Positions 38,616-49,048 are shown, numbered from the stretch's first letter. The stretch: DNA of 64,000 bases from Candidatus Aminicenantes bacterium (GCA_963702005.1 OY969696.1:32001-96000); one strand, 5' to 3'. Program-made: numbers and translations. The notes: generated from the sequence alone by a model not told the origin.

Positions 38616-40928
38616 ATGAAGAAAAAAGGGGTCGTGCTCGGAGCAGCGGTCGCCGTCCTCGCCGCGGGAGCGTTCCTCCTCATTCGCCTTCGGCCGGCGT
38701 CCTTCCGGCGGCTGGCCGGGGACGCGACCTACAACGTCGTCCTAATCACCGTCGACACGCTCCGGGCCGACCGGGTCGGCTGCTACGGCTTCAGCCAGGG
38801 CGAAACGCCGACCATGGACCTGTTCGCGGCCCGCGGCGTCAGGTTCGAGCGCTGCACGTCGCAGACGCCGCTGACCCTGCCCTCCCACACCACCATCATG
38901 ACCGGCACCTTCCCCCCTTTCCACGGCGTCCGCGACAACGGGGGCTTCATCGTCCCGCCCGAGCTCACGACCATGGCCGAGCTCTTCAAGGGGCGGGGCT
39001 ATACGACGGCCGCCTTCGTCGGCGCCTACGTCCTCGACTCCAAGTGGGGCCTGAACCAGGGCTTCGATTACTATTTCGACCAGTTCGACCTGAGCCGGTT
39101 CGAAAAGATCTCCCTGGCCAACGTCCAGCGGCCGGGGGGAGAGGTCATGGACGAAGCCCTCCGCTGGCTCGAGACCAAGAAGGACGCTCCCTTCTTCGCC
39201 TGGATTCATCTCTACGATCCTCACACGCCCTACGAACCGCCCTCTCCCTATAAAGAAAAGTACGCCAAGCATCCCTACCTGGGGGAGATCGCCTACGCCG
39301 ATTCCCAGCTCGGCCGTCTCTGGTCGTTCCTGGGCGACAAGGGTCTCCGGGACCGGACCTATCTCGTCTTCGCCTCCGACCACGGCGAAAGCCTGGGCGA
39401 GCACCAGGAAGCGACCCACGGTTTTTTCGTCTATCAAGCGGCGATCCACGTCCCGCTCATTTTCGTGACGCCTTTCCCCCGGCTCCAGGGCGTCGTCTCG
39501 CCGGCCGTAGTCTCCCTCGCCGACGTCCTTCCGACCGTCTGCGAGATGGCCGGCTTCGTACCACCGCCCCAGGTCCAAGGCCAAAGCCTCGTCCCCTTTT
39601 TCATCAGGCCGGCCCGCAGGTCGGAGCGTCTCGCCTACTCCGAAACGTTTTATCCCCGCTTCCACTACGGCTGGTCCGAGCTCCAGAGCGTCCAGGACGG
39701 CCGCTACAAGCTCATTCTCTCCCCCGAGCCCGAGCTCTATGACCTGGCCCAGGATCCGGCCGAGGCCACGAACATTATCGAGAAGGAACGACCCGTCTTC
39801 CTGGCCCTCAACGACCGGGCTTCCGCCTTCACGGCCGCGGCCGCCCGGAACGGCTTCGAGCTCGACATCCGCAAGATCGACGAGGAGACCCGGACCAGGC
39901 TCGCCGCGCTCGGCTACCTCGGATCCTTCTCCGATCCGGCCAAGCTCAAGGGGAAACGGCTGGCCAGCCCGCGCGACAAGATCGGGATCTTCAACGAGCT
40001 GTCCCGGGCCCGCGAGACGGGCCTTCAGGGCGACGCCCGGGCGGCGATCGGGATCATCCAGCGGATCATCGCCGAAGACCCCGAAATCACCGACGCCTAT
40101 TTCTCGCTGGGGAACATCCACTTTCGGCTCGGCGAGTACGACGAGGCCATCCGGGCCTTCCGCCAGGCCTTGGAGAAGAAGCCGGACGACGCCTTCACCG
40201 TCATCAATATCGCCAATTCCTACCTGGCCATGGGCCGCTTCGCCGAGGCCGAGCGCTTCGTCCTGGATTATTTCAAGACGGGATTCGGGGACTCCCAGCT
40301 CTACTTCCTGCTCGGGAACATGAATTTTCTCCGGAAAAATTACGACGCCGCCATCCCCTACCTCGAGAAGTGCCTGTCCCTCAATTCCGAGTCCGCCTCC
40401 TCCCACAGCACGCTGGCCGCTATTTATATCATCAAAGACGACCTGGGCCGGGCCCAGGAGCACCTCGACGCCGCCCGCCGACTCAACCCGCGCTTGAGCG
40501 GCCTCTACTACAACCAGGCTCAACTCCTCGAGAAGCGGGGAGAAGTCGGCGCGGCCATCGCCGCCTATCAAGAGGAGCTTCTTTACTCCCCCAAGCACTT
40601 CAAATCCCTCTATAACTTGACCCGTCTCTTCCGCCAGACGGGGGAGGAGGGCCGGGAATTCGACGCCCTGCGCCGCTGCATCGAGATCGACCCCGGTTTT
40701 CCGCTCTCCTACTTCTACCTGGCCCGGATCTACCTCAATCGGCGCGAGAACTATGAAGAGGCCGTCTCGCTGGTTCAAAAGGGAATCAGCCTCAAGCCCG
40801 ATTCCCTGGATCTGCCTCTGGCCTATTTTCTATTGGCCGACCTCTATAACAGGCTCGGGAAGGATTCGCTGTCCCGCGAATACGCGCGAAAGGGCCAGGA
40901 GCTGTCTTCAAGGAAAGCCCAGGAATAG
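38616..40928 (+). CDS. Membrane-anchored sulfatase-like (alkaline phosphatase superfamily) hydrolase/transferase with C-terminal TPRs
   Basis: NVVLITVDTLRAD, TLPSH (in place of CxPxR), DPH and SDHGE motifs; TPR array. Confidence 0.88.
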   Translation: MKKKGVVLGAAVAVLAAGAFLLIRLRPASFRRLAGDATYNVVLITVDTLRADRVGCYGFSQGETPTMDLFAARGVRFERCTSQTPLTLPSHTTIMTGTFPPFHGVRDNGGFIVPPELTTMAELFKGRGYTTAAFVGAYVLDSKWGLNQGFDYYFDQFDLSRFEKISLANVQRPGGEVMDEALRWLETKKDAPFFAWIHLYDPHTPYEPPSPYKEKYAKHPYLGEIAYADSQLGRLWSFLGDKGLRDRTYLVFASDHGESLGEHQEATHGFFVYQAAIHVPLIFVTPFPRLQGVVSPAVVSLADVLPTVCEMAGFVPPPQVQGQSLVPFFIRPARRSERLAYSETFYPRFHYGWSELQSVQDGRYKLILSPEPELYDLAQDPAEATNIIEKERPVFLALNDRASAFTAAAARNGFELDIRKIDEETRTRLAALGYLGSFSDPAKLKGKRLASPRDKIGIFNELSRARETGLQGDARAAIGIIQRIIAEDPEITDAYFSLGNIHFRLGEYDEAIRAFRQALEKKPDDAFTVINIANSYLAMGRFAEAERFVLDYFKTGFGDSQLYFLLGNMNFLRKNYDAAIPYLEKCLSLNSESASSHSTLAAIYIIKDDLGRAQEHLDAARRLNPRLSGLYYNQAQLLEKRGEVGAAIAAYQEELLYSPKHFKSLYNLTRLFRQTGEEGREFDALRRCIEIDPGFPLSYFYLARIYLNRRENYEEAVSLVQKGISLKPDSLDLPLAYFLLADLYNRLGKDSLSREYARKGQELSSRKAQE

Positions 40929-41017
40929 CCGGCCCAAAATCCAAATATTTGCAGTTATCCAAAATAATGGCATCGCCGGGCCGCTATCTCCCTGCCGGAT
41001 TCTTCTTATTTATTTAT

Positions 41018-41069
41018 TATCAAAGATTTACTAAATTCTTCGGGGTCCTGCTTTTGGCACGGATATTGC
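41018..41069 (+). promoter_or_regulatory. IHF site plus sigma54 promoter with no obvious downstream gene
   Basis: TATCAA-AGAT-TTA (WATCAANNNNTTR) at 41018-41030; TGGCAC-GGATA-TTGC at 41055-41069. Confidence 0.7.
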
Positions 41070-41180
41070 CATTAAATAAGCGCCGTGTTTACGGTTAGGG
41101 AAAAAGAGGAAACTAAGTGAAGGGCAAACTCGAAGAAACTGGAGGTGAGAATCACTCGGCCGGCAGCTGAACTTTCCGGA

Positions 41181-42161
41181 TCAAGACAGACCGAGCGACT
41201 CGAGGAGCTTGCGGATCTCGGCCGCGTTGGACGCGTCGGGCGCGAGTTCGAGATAGGTCTTTAAAGAGAGTTTAGCATTTTCGATATCCCCCGTGCGGAG
41301 ACGCGAGAACCCGAGCTTGAGCCAGGGATCGGGCCAGTTCGGCTTTATCCGGGTCGTCAACGTGTAATAAGAGACGGCTTCGTCGAACATTCCGTTGGAA
41401 AAATAAATCTCTCCGATGCCGAAGGGCAGGCTCGCGTATTTCGGATAGAGGGCGAGCGCCTTCTCGAATTCGGCACGGGCCGTCGCCGGGTCGCCCCTTC
41501 TTAGGGCGATCTCGCCCGTAGCGGCAAGCGTCTTGGTCGCCAGCGCATCCCCGTTCATGTCGGGGTTCGTCTCCCGGACCTTGTCGAGGACCAAGCCGTA
41601 CTCTTCGAGGGCTTTATCGTATTCGCCCATCTCCTTGTAGCAGTTGCCGATGTTGAAATGGACCTGGAAATGGTTGGGGTGCTTGTCCAGGAATTGTCGG
41701 TAGAGACTAAGGGCTTCGTTGCAGTTCTTATCCTCGAACAGCCGATTTCCCCTCTCGATGAGCCCAAGATCCTCCTCGGCGTCCGGCCCTTTGGGCTGAG
41801 CCTTTCTCAGGACCGATTTCACAGCCGCGTTCCTGCCGATCTGGCTGACGTAGGTTTCCTCGATTCTCGGCCTGTAGCCCTCGAGGGTCAGGATGATCTT
41901 CCAGACGCCGCTCCCCAAGCCCAGGATGCCCCACTTCCCTTTCCGGTCCGTAACGACTTCCCGGAGCGTTTCGGATTCGATGTGCAGCAGGGCGACCCTT
42001 ACGCCGGGGAGCGGGTTTCCGGCCTCGTCCCTGACCTCGCCCGTCAGCCGGACGTTCCCCATCCCTTCCTGAACCAGCGCGCTCGACCCGGCCAGGGACC
42101 CGGCCAGACAAACCGCGGCTAAAATTTTAAGGGCGCCCTGGATCATTCCGCGTCCGTCCAT
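41181..42161 (-). CDS. Exported carboxypeptidase-regulatory-like domain + TPR protein
   Basis: G.V.DEAG.PL.GV.V.L...TD.KG.W; TPRs; paralog of 28202..29125. Confidence 0.82.
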   Translation of the reverse strand: MDGRGMIQGALKILAAVCLAGSLAGSSALVQEGMGNVRLTGEVRDEAGNPLPGVRVALLHIESETLREVVTDRKGKWGILGLGSGVWKIILTLEGYRPRIEETYVSQIGRNAAVKSVLRKAQPKGPDAEEDLGLIERGNRLFEDKNCNEALSLYRQFLDKHPNHFQVHFNIGNCYKEMGEYDKALEEYGLVLDKVRETNPDMNGDALATKTLAATGEIALRRGDPATARAEFEKALALYPKYASLPFGIGEIYFSNGMFDEAVSYYTLTTRIKPNWPDPWLKLGFSRLRTGDIENAKLSLKTYLELAPDASNAAEIRKLLESLGLS

Positions 42162-42278
42162 CCTTCCTTATAATCCGAGCGACAAATCGCTTATTAAGTC
42201 TACTCGGTTCGAACTCCGCTTTCAACTCGCGGTCCTTGCAATATCGACCGTCTTTAGATAAACTTGAAATCTCTACAT

Positions 42279-43574
42279 ATGAAATTCGTAGCCGACCTTC
42301 ACATTCATTCGAAATTTTCGCGGGCGACCTCCCGCGACATGACCCTCGACCAACTCGCCTGCTGGGCCGCCGCCAAGGGGATCTCGCTCCTGGCCACCGG
42401 CGACTTCACCCATCCCGAATGGCTGTTCCTGATGAAGGCCAAGCTCGAGTCGACCGGTAACGGATTCTTCCGTCTCAAGAACCTGACCCCGCCCGAGGAC
42501 CCCCAGCTCCAACCGTTCGCGGCCGCGGCCCGCGACATCCGCTTCCTCCTTTCGACCGAGATAAGCTTCATCTATTCCAAAAAGGGCAAGGTCCGCAAGA
42601 TCCATCTCCTGTTGTTCGCGCCCGACTTCGAGTCGGTCGACAAGATCAACGCCCGGCTGGGCGCCGTCGGCAACCTGCGCTCGGACGGCCGGCCCATCCT
42701 GGGCATGGACGTCAAGCCTTTCGTCAAGATCGTCAGCGACCTCTGCCCGGCGGCCGTCGTCGTCCCCTGCCACATCTGGACGCCCTGGTTCTCCCTGTTC
42801 GGCGCCAACTCGGGTTTCGACACCATCGAGGACTGTTTCGAGGAGATGACGCCGCAGTTGTTCGCCATGGAAACCGGCCTCTCCTCGGACCCGGCCATGA
42901 ACTGGCGGCTGTCGGCCCTCGACCGCTACGTCCTCATCTCGAATTCGGACGCCCACTCGCCGTCCCGGATCGGCCGCGAGTCCAACGTCTTCGACACGGA
43001 TTTCAGCTACAAGGGTCTCGTCGACGCTCTCCGCTCCAAAGACCCCGCCAAGTTCCTGTATACGGTCGAGTTTTTTCCGGAGGAGGGCAAGTACCACTAC
43101 GACGGGCACCGCAAGTGCGGCGTCGTCCTGGCCCCCCGGGAGTCCCTCCAGCAGCGGGACCTCTGTCCCCGCTGCGGAAAGAAGCTGACGATCGGAGTCG
43201 CCCACCGCGTCGAGGAGCTGGCCGATCGGGAGGCGGGCGTCCGGCCGCCCGGCCGGATACCCTTCAAGAACATCGTCCCCCTCAACGAGATCATCGCCGA
43301 AGCCCTGGGCAAGTCGGCCGATTGCCGGAGCGTCTGGGACGTCTATTTCCGGTTCCTGCGCGAGTTCGGGGACGAGCATCGGATCCTGGCCGAAGTCCCG
43401 GCCGACGAGCTCCGGCGTCTCCAGCCGGACGCGGTCGGCCTGGGCGTCGAACGGATGCGGCAGGGGCGCGTCCGAATCCGCCCCGGCCACGACGGCGAGT
43501 ACGGGCGGATCGATGTTCTGAGCGAGGACTCCGGCGGCGACGAGGCCTCCGACGGCCAGCTCAGCCTGTTCTGA
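42279..43574 (+). CDS. Endonuclease Q family (PHP-domain) DNA repair protein
   Basis: ADLHIHSKFSRATS, TGDFTHP, HIWTPWFS, ETGLSSD, SNSDAHS, GKYH.DGHR.C and CPRC motifs. Confidence 0.88.
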   Translation: MKFVADLHIHSKFSRATSRDMTLDQLACWAAAKGISLLATGDFTHPEWLFLMKAKLESTGNGFFRLKNLTPPEDPQLQPFAAAARDIRFLLSTEISFIYSKKGKVRKIHLLLFAPDFESVDKINARLGAVGNLRSDGRPILGMDVKPFVKIVSDLCPAAVVVPCHIWTPWFSLFGANSGFDTIEDCFEEMTPQLFAMETGLSSDPAMNWRLSALDRYVLISNSDAHSPSRIGRESNVFDTDFSYKGLVDALRSKDPAKFLYTVEFFPEEGKYHYDGHRKCGVVLAPRESLQQRDLCPRCGKKLTIGVAHRVEELADREAGVRPPGRIPFKNIVPLNEIIAEALGKSADCRSVWDVYFRFLREFGDEHRILAEVPADELRRLQPDAVGLGVERMRQGRVRIRPGHDGEYGRIDVLSEDSGGDEASDGQLSLF

Positions 43575-43592
43575 GCCCCAGGCGTTTCGCTT

Positions 43593-43627
43593 GTACTCAT
43601 GGAGCCGTACTAACGGCCCATGAGTGC
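43593..43627. repeat. ACTCATG...CATGAGT hairpin, related to 23703-23734
   Basis: GTACTCATGGAGCCG-N-CGGCCCATGAGTGC. Confidence 0.45.
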
Positions 43628-43638
43628 GCCCCCCTAAG

Positions 43639-43667
43639 TTGACAACCCGGGGAGGGGATCGTATATT
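43639..43667 (+). promoter_or_regulatory. sigma70 promoter
   Basis: TTGACA-17 nt-TATATT. Confidence 0.65.
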
Positions 43668-43696
43668 AGGACTGACCCCGATAAGGAGAACGGACG

Positions 43697-44182
43697 ATGG
43701 AAATCGAGATGAAGATCAAGGGCCTCGTCGTGGACCCCATCTCCAAGATGCCCATCGTCGTCCTCGAAGACCCCGCCGGCGACCGGATCCTCCCGATCTG
43801 GATCGGCGTCTTCGAGGCCAACGCGATCGCCCTGACCATCGAGAACATCCCCACCCCCCGTCCGATGACCCACGACCTCATGAAAAATTTCCTGAACAAG
43901 CTCGAAATCGACCTGGAGAAGATCGTCGTCAGCGACGTCCGCAACAACACCTTCTATGCCCTCCTCCACTGCCGCCACAAGGACGCCCGCCTCGTCATCG
44001 ACTCGCGGCCTTCCGACGCGATCGCCCTCGCCCTCCGCATGAAATCCCCGATCTTCGTCGAGGAAGACGTCGTCGAGAAGGCCCAGAGCCTCAAGCTCGA
44101 CGAAAACCTGGAAAGCTCGGAGCGGCTCAAGAAATGGCTCGAAGGCCTCAAAGCCGAGGACTTCGGCAAATATAAAATGTAG
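43697..44182 (+). CDS. Bifunctional nuclease family protein (DUF151)
   Basis: LPIWIG.FEA.AI, RPMTHDL and DSRPSDAIALA motifs. Confidence 0.92.
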   Translation: MEIEMKIKGLVVDPISKMPIVVLEDPAGDRILPIWIGVFEANAIALTIENIPTPRPMTHDLMKNFLNKLEIDLEKIVVSDVRNNTFYALLHCRHKDARLVIDSRPSDAIALALRMKSPIFVEEDVVEKAQSLKLDENLESSERLKKWLEGLKAEDFGKYKM

Positions 44183-44357
44183 GACCGCCGCTAGTTGCGC
44201 GTCCCCCCAATATCGTGCACTCATGAAGGGACTCCCCTGAACGCGCAACCGCCGGGGAGTTTGAGGGGGGCGGAGTGGCCCCCCTCAGGGGTTCAGCGGA
44301 GCGCCGAAGGGGGAGCTTGACTCCCCCTTGGAAGTGCCCCGGCCCTGCGAAATCACT

Positions 44358-44483
44358 GAAGCTCCACGGACTCACGTCCGTGGGACCTACTCTTTGCAGG
44401 CGTTGGAGCGCCTGTCCCCGAAGCGGGGAATTCGCTATTCCTCCACGGACTAACGTCTGTGGAATCCCGCGAAGGGGATTGAA
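44358..44483. mobile_element. Miniature non-autonomous IS200/IS605-like (PATE-type) element
   Basis: Two copies of the hairpin CCACGGAC-N4-GTC(C/T)GTGG (44363 and 44443); its ends recur at 23669 and 23850-23880; no ORF. Confidence 0.55.
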
Positions 44484-44506
44484 TAAGAAACGTATGGGAC
44501 GGGGCA

Positions 44507-46897
44507 CTAGGTCCGGAGGCGGAAGAGCAGGTAGAGTCCGGCCAGGCTGAAGATGAGGTTGGGACCCCAGGCCGCCAGGAAGGGCGGCAGGATGGCGACA
44601 TAGCCCAGGCTCCTGAAGACGCCGATCGCCCCCCAGAAGACCATGGCGATGACGATGCTCGTCCCGATGCCGACCAGCGTCCCCCGCTTCCCCATCGTGA
44701 AGGCGAAGGGCAGGCCGAGCAAGGTCATGACCAGACAGACGAACGGGAAAGCGACCTTGGCGGCCAGGTCGACCTTGAAGCGGCCGACTTCGAAATCGAG
44801 GTCGGCGATCTCCCGGATGTAAGCGCGCAGCTCCCGGGCGTTCATCTGGGACGGCTCCTTCCACTCCTTGAGGAAGAAAGCCTCGTCCTCGACGCCGCTC
44901 AGGGTCGCCTCGCGCTTCTCGACGTAGCCGACCGACCGCTCGTCGGAGAAATCCCGCTCCCAGCTCTTGGAGAGGTAGAGCGTTCCCTGCTTGAGGACGG
45001 CCTTATCGGCGCTCGTCCGTTTGGCCAGTGTCCAGCGGGCCAGGTCGAGGTCGTAGACGGACAGGCCGCTGAAGACCGCGGAGCGGGGGTCAAAATAAGC
45101 GAAGTGGTAGATGCGGCTCTTGGACCGCCCCAGGACCCAGCGCCGGCTGACCGAGCCGACATTCTGGACCGGCGCGTCCGTGATCCGGTTCCAGATCTCC
45201 TCGGCCTTCCTGTTGGCGGGGGGAAGGAGCCGCTCCTGGACGAAGAGCGAGGCGACGCCCAGCAAGACGGCCAGGACGACGACCGGGACGACCAGCCGAT
45301 AGACGCTGATCCCGCAGGCCTTCATGGCGGTGACCTCGTTGAACTTGGTCAGGAATCCGATCGTCAGCAGCGCGGTCGTCAAGGCCGCGATCGGCAGGAC
45401 GTAGGTCGTGAATTCGGGCGTCTTCATGATCATGAATTGAAACAGGAGGCTGAGCGGCTTCCGGTTCTCGTAGATTTTGTCGATCCGCTCGAAGAAGGTC
45501 ACGATGAACGAGATGAGGAGCAGGCTCAGAAAGACGAGGGCCAGGATACCCGTATACTTGCGCATGACGTAGCGGTCGAGGATATTGGGGAAGGCCAGGG
45601 ACCGCCGCCGCCGGAGCCTCGGTTCGCGCTCGGCCTCCCGGCCGGCCTTCCGCGCCGAAAGCCTGAGAAGCGCGCCGCGCCCGCGCGGAAGCAGGCTGCG
45701 TTCCCGAAGGGCCAGGACGAACAGGACGGCGGCGGCCAAGGCCAGCAGGATATCCGGACCCCACATCCCCAGCCAGGGCGCCACCCGTCCGTCCATGGCC
45801 ATTTTCTCGCCGGCCGTGATCAGGACGTAGTAAATCAGGATGACGGCCAGGCTGATCGTGAAGCCCGAGCTCCGGCCTCCCTTCCGGGACGAGACGCCCA
45901 GGGGCAGGCTCAGAAAACAGAAGATGACGCAGACGAAGGGCAGGGCGAACTTCTTGTGGACCTCGACCAGGTGCGACCTGCGTTCCCGGCTCCGGCTCTC
46001 GAGACGGAAGGCGATCTCCTTGAGCTTGTCCGCGGACTTCGCTTGAGGGCTCCGCTCCAGGGCCAGCCGTTCGGCCCTGAGCGCCGCGCTGTCCTTGTCG
46101 ATGACACGGAGGTCCTTGAAGAGCTCGCCGATGTCCTTCTCCCGGACCCGCTTCGTGCTCGAGATCGCCCCGAAAAAGCTTTCGACGTCGATCTCCTCCT
46201 CCCAGCGTTCGAAGGAGGTCAGGCTGTACTTCTCGGGCGTCCCGGGCGAGTAGGAATGGACGGTACCGTCGAAGAGCTCGAGGGTCGCCCGTTTCCGTTC
46301 GGGGTAGAAATTGAGCCGTCCCCGGTGCGCCAGGATGATCTTGGGCTCCTCGGGAACGGCCAGGGACTGGACGAAGACGTGTTCCCAGTCCTTGCCGGGA
46401 GCGATGTTCTGGACGAACAGGACCAAGCGCGGGAACCGCTCGTTGAACTCTCGGGGGTTGATGGCGACCTGGACCTTGGACAAGACTTGACCGGTCAGCG
46501 TCTGAACCCATTTGTAGTTGGCCCAGGGCGCCACGTAAAGGGCAAGGACCGAGGTCAGCAGCCAGCCGGCCGCCGCGAACAAGAGGAGGGGGCGCAGGAG
46601 GCGGACATAGCTGATCCCCAGCGTTTTAAAAGCCGTGACCTCGAGGTCGCTGGAGAGCCGGCTCAGCCCGGCCAGGGCGCCCATCAGGACGGCCATCGGC
46701 AGCGTGAAGGCCAGGATCGAGGGGATGATATAGGCGAGGATCTCGGCGACCGTCCGGAAGCCGACGCCGTGGGTGATGAACAGCTCCGCCAGGAGAAGGA
46801 TCTGGTTCATGAGGAGGACGAAGGTGTAGACGAGCAGCCCGAGACCGAAGGGGGGCGCGACTTCTTTGAGGATGTAGCGGTCGAAGAGCTTGAACAT
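44507..46897 (-). CDS. LPS export ABC permease, LptF-LptG fusion
   Basis: Two tandem YjgP/YjgQ units, each starting L(F)DRY and containing E.TA.K..GIS and a PW/PF..AW.P-like motif. Confidence 0.9.
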   Translation of the reverse strand: MFKLFDRYILKEVAPPFGLGLLVYTFVLLMNQILLLAELFITHGVGFRTVAEILAYIIPSILAFTLPMAVLMGALAGLSRLSSDLEVTAFKTLGISYVRLLRPLLLFAAAGWLLTSVLALYVAPWANYKWVQTLTGQVLSKVQVAINPREFNERFPRLVLFVQNIAPGKDWEHVFVQSLAVPEEPKIILAHRGRLNFYPERKRATLELFDGTVHSYSPGTPEKYSLTSFERWEEEIDVESFFGAISSTKRVREKDIGELFKDLRVIDKDSAALRAERLALERSPQAKSADKLKEIAFRLESRSRERRSHLVEVHKKFALPFVCVIFCFLSLPLGVSSRKGGRSSGFTISLAVILIYYVLITAGEKMAMDGRVAPWLGMWGPDILLALAAAVLFVLALRERSLLPRGRGALLRLSARKAGREAEREPRLRRRRSLAFPNILDRYVMRKYTGILALVFLSLLLISFIVTFFERIDKIYENRKPLSLLFQFMIMKTPEFTTYVLPIAALTTALLTIGFLTKFNEVTAMKACGISVYRLVVPVVVLAVLLGVASLFVQERLLPPANRKAEEIWNRITDAPVQNVGSVSRRWVLGRSKSRIYHFAYFDPRSAVFSGLSVYDLDLARWTLAKRTSADKAVLKQGTLYLSKSWERDFSDERSVGYVEKREATLSGVEDEAFFLKEWKEPSQMNARELRAYIREIADLDFEVGRFKVDLAAKVAFPFVCLVMTLLGLPFAFTMGKRGTLVGIGTSIVIAMVFWGAIGVFRSLGYVAILPPFLAAWGPNLIFSLAGLYLLFRLRT

Positions 46898-46928
46898 TCG
46901 TCCCACTATAGCACAGAAGCAGCCGCCG

Positions 46929-46962
46929 AAAAAAGAAAGGCCCCGGCGCGGGCCCGGGGCCT
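46929..46962 (-). terminator. Terminator after groEL
   Basis: AGGCCCCGG-N-CCGGGGCCT stem with an A-run on +. Confidence 0.65.
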
Positions 46963-46997
46963 GGAAAGACGCTAAAAACGAGCTGAGCCGGGAGGCC

Positions 46998-48641
<1,644 letters not shown>

Positions 48642-48929
48642 TCAGGAAAGCTTGGCCAGGATTTCGTCTTCGCGGAGGATGATGTGCTCGACGCCGTCGA
48701 TGGTCACTTCGGTGCCGCTGTACTTCCCGATCAGGACCCGGTCTCCCTTCTTGACTTCAAGGGGAACGACCTTGCCCTCATCGTTGACGCGGCCCTTGCC
48801 CGCCTCGATGACTTCGGCCTCCTGGGGCTTTTCCTTAGCGGTATCGGGGATGATGATACCGCCCCGTTTGACCTCTTTTTCTTCCAAACGCTTCAGAAGA
48901 ACTCTGTCATACAGTGGAAGAACCTTCAT
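48642..48929 (-). CDS. groS: Co-chaperonin GroES
   Basis: [19 protein letters not shown] and KYSGTEV motifs. Confidence 0.97.
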   Translation of the reverse strand: MKVLPLYDRVLLKRLEEKEVKRGGIIIPDTAKEKPQEAEVIEAGKGRVNDEGKVVPLEVKKGDRVLIGKYSGTEVTIDGVEHIILREDEILAKLS

Positions 48930-48948
48930 GAATATCTCCTTTTTCATT

Positions 48949-48975
48949 TTAGCAGTCTATTAGAAAGAGTGCTAA
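48949..48975. promoter_or_regulatory. CIRCE element (HrcA operator) 1
   Basis: TTAGCAGTC-N9-GAGTGCTAA, one mismatch to TTAGCACTC-N9-GAGTGCTAA. Confidence 0.88.
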
Positions 48976-49003
48976 ATATAGGCTATGAAGCCCGATTTGT
49001 CAA
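48975..49003 (-). promoter_or_regulatory. sigma70 promoter of groESL
   Basis: TTGACA-17 nt-TATATT on the minus strand. Confidence 0.75.
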
Positions 49004-49021
49004 GTGGTTTTGTTGATTGTT

Positions 49022-49048
49022 TTAGCAGACTTGAGCGCGGACTGCTAA
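49022..49048. promoter_or_regulatory. CIRCE-like element 2
   Basis: TTAGCAGAC-N9-GACTGCTAA. Confidence 0.65.

Noticed and set aside
41117-41170. 17-codon GTG ORF (MKGKLEETGGENHSAGS) after the orphan sigma54 promoter
   Set aside because: Too short and featureless to call, and its frame differs from the leader ORF at 35686 across the shared motif
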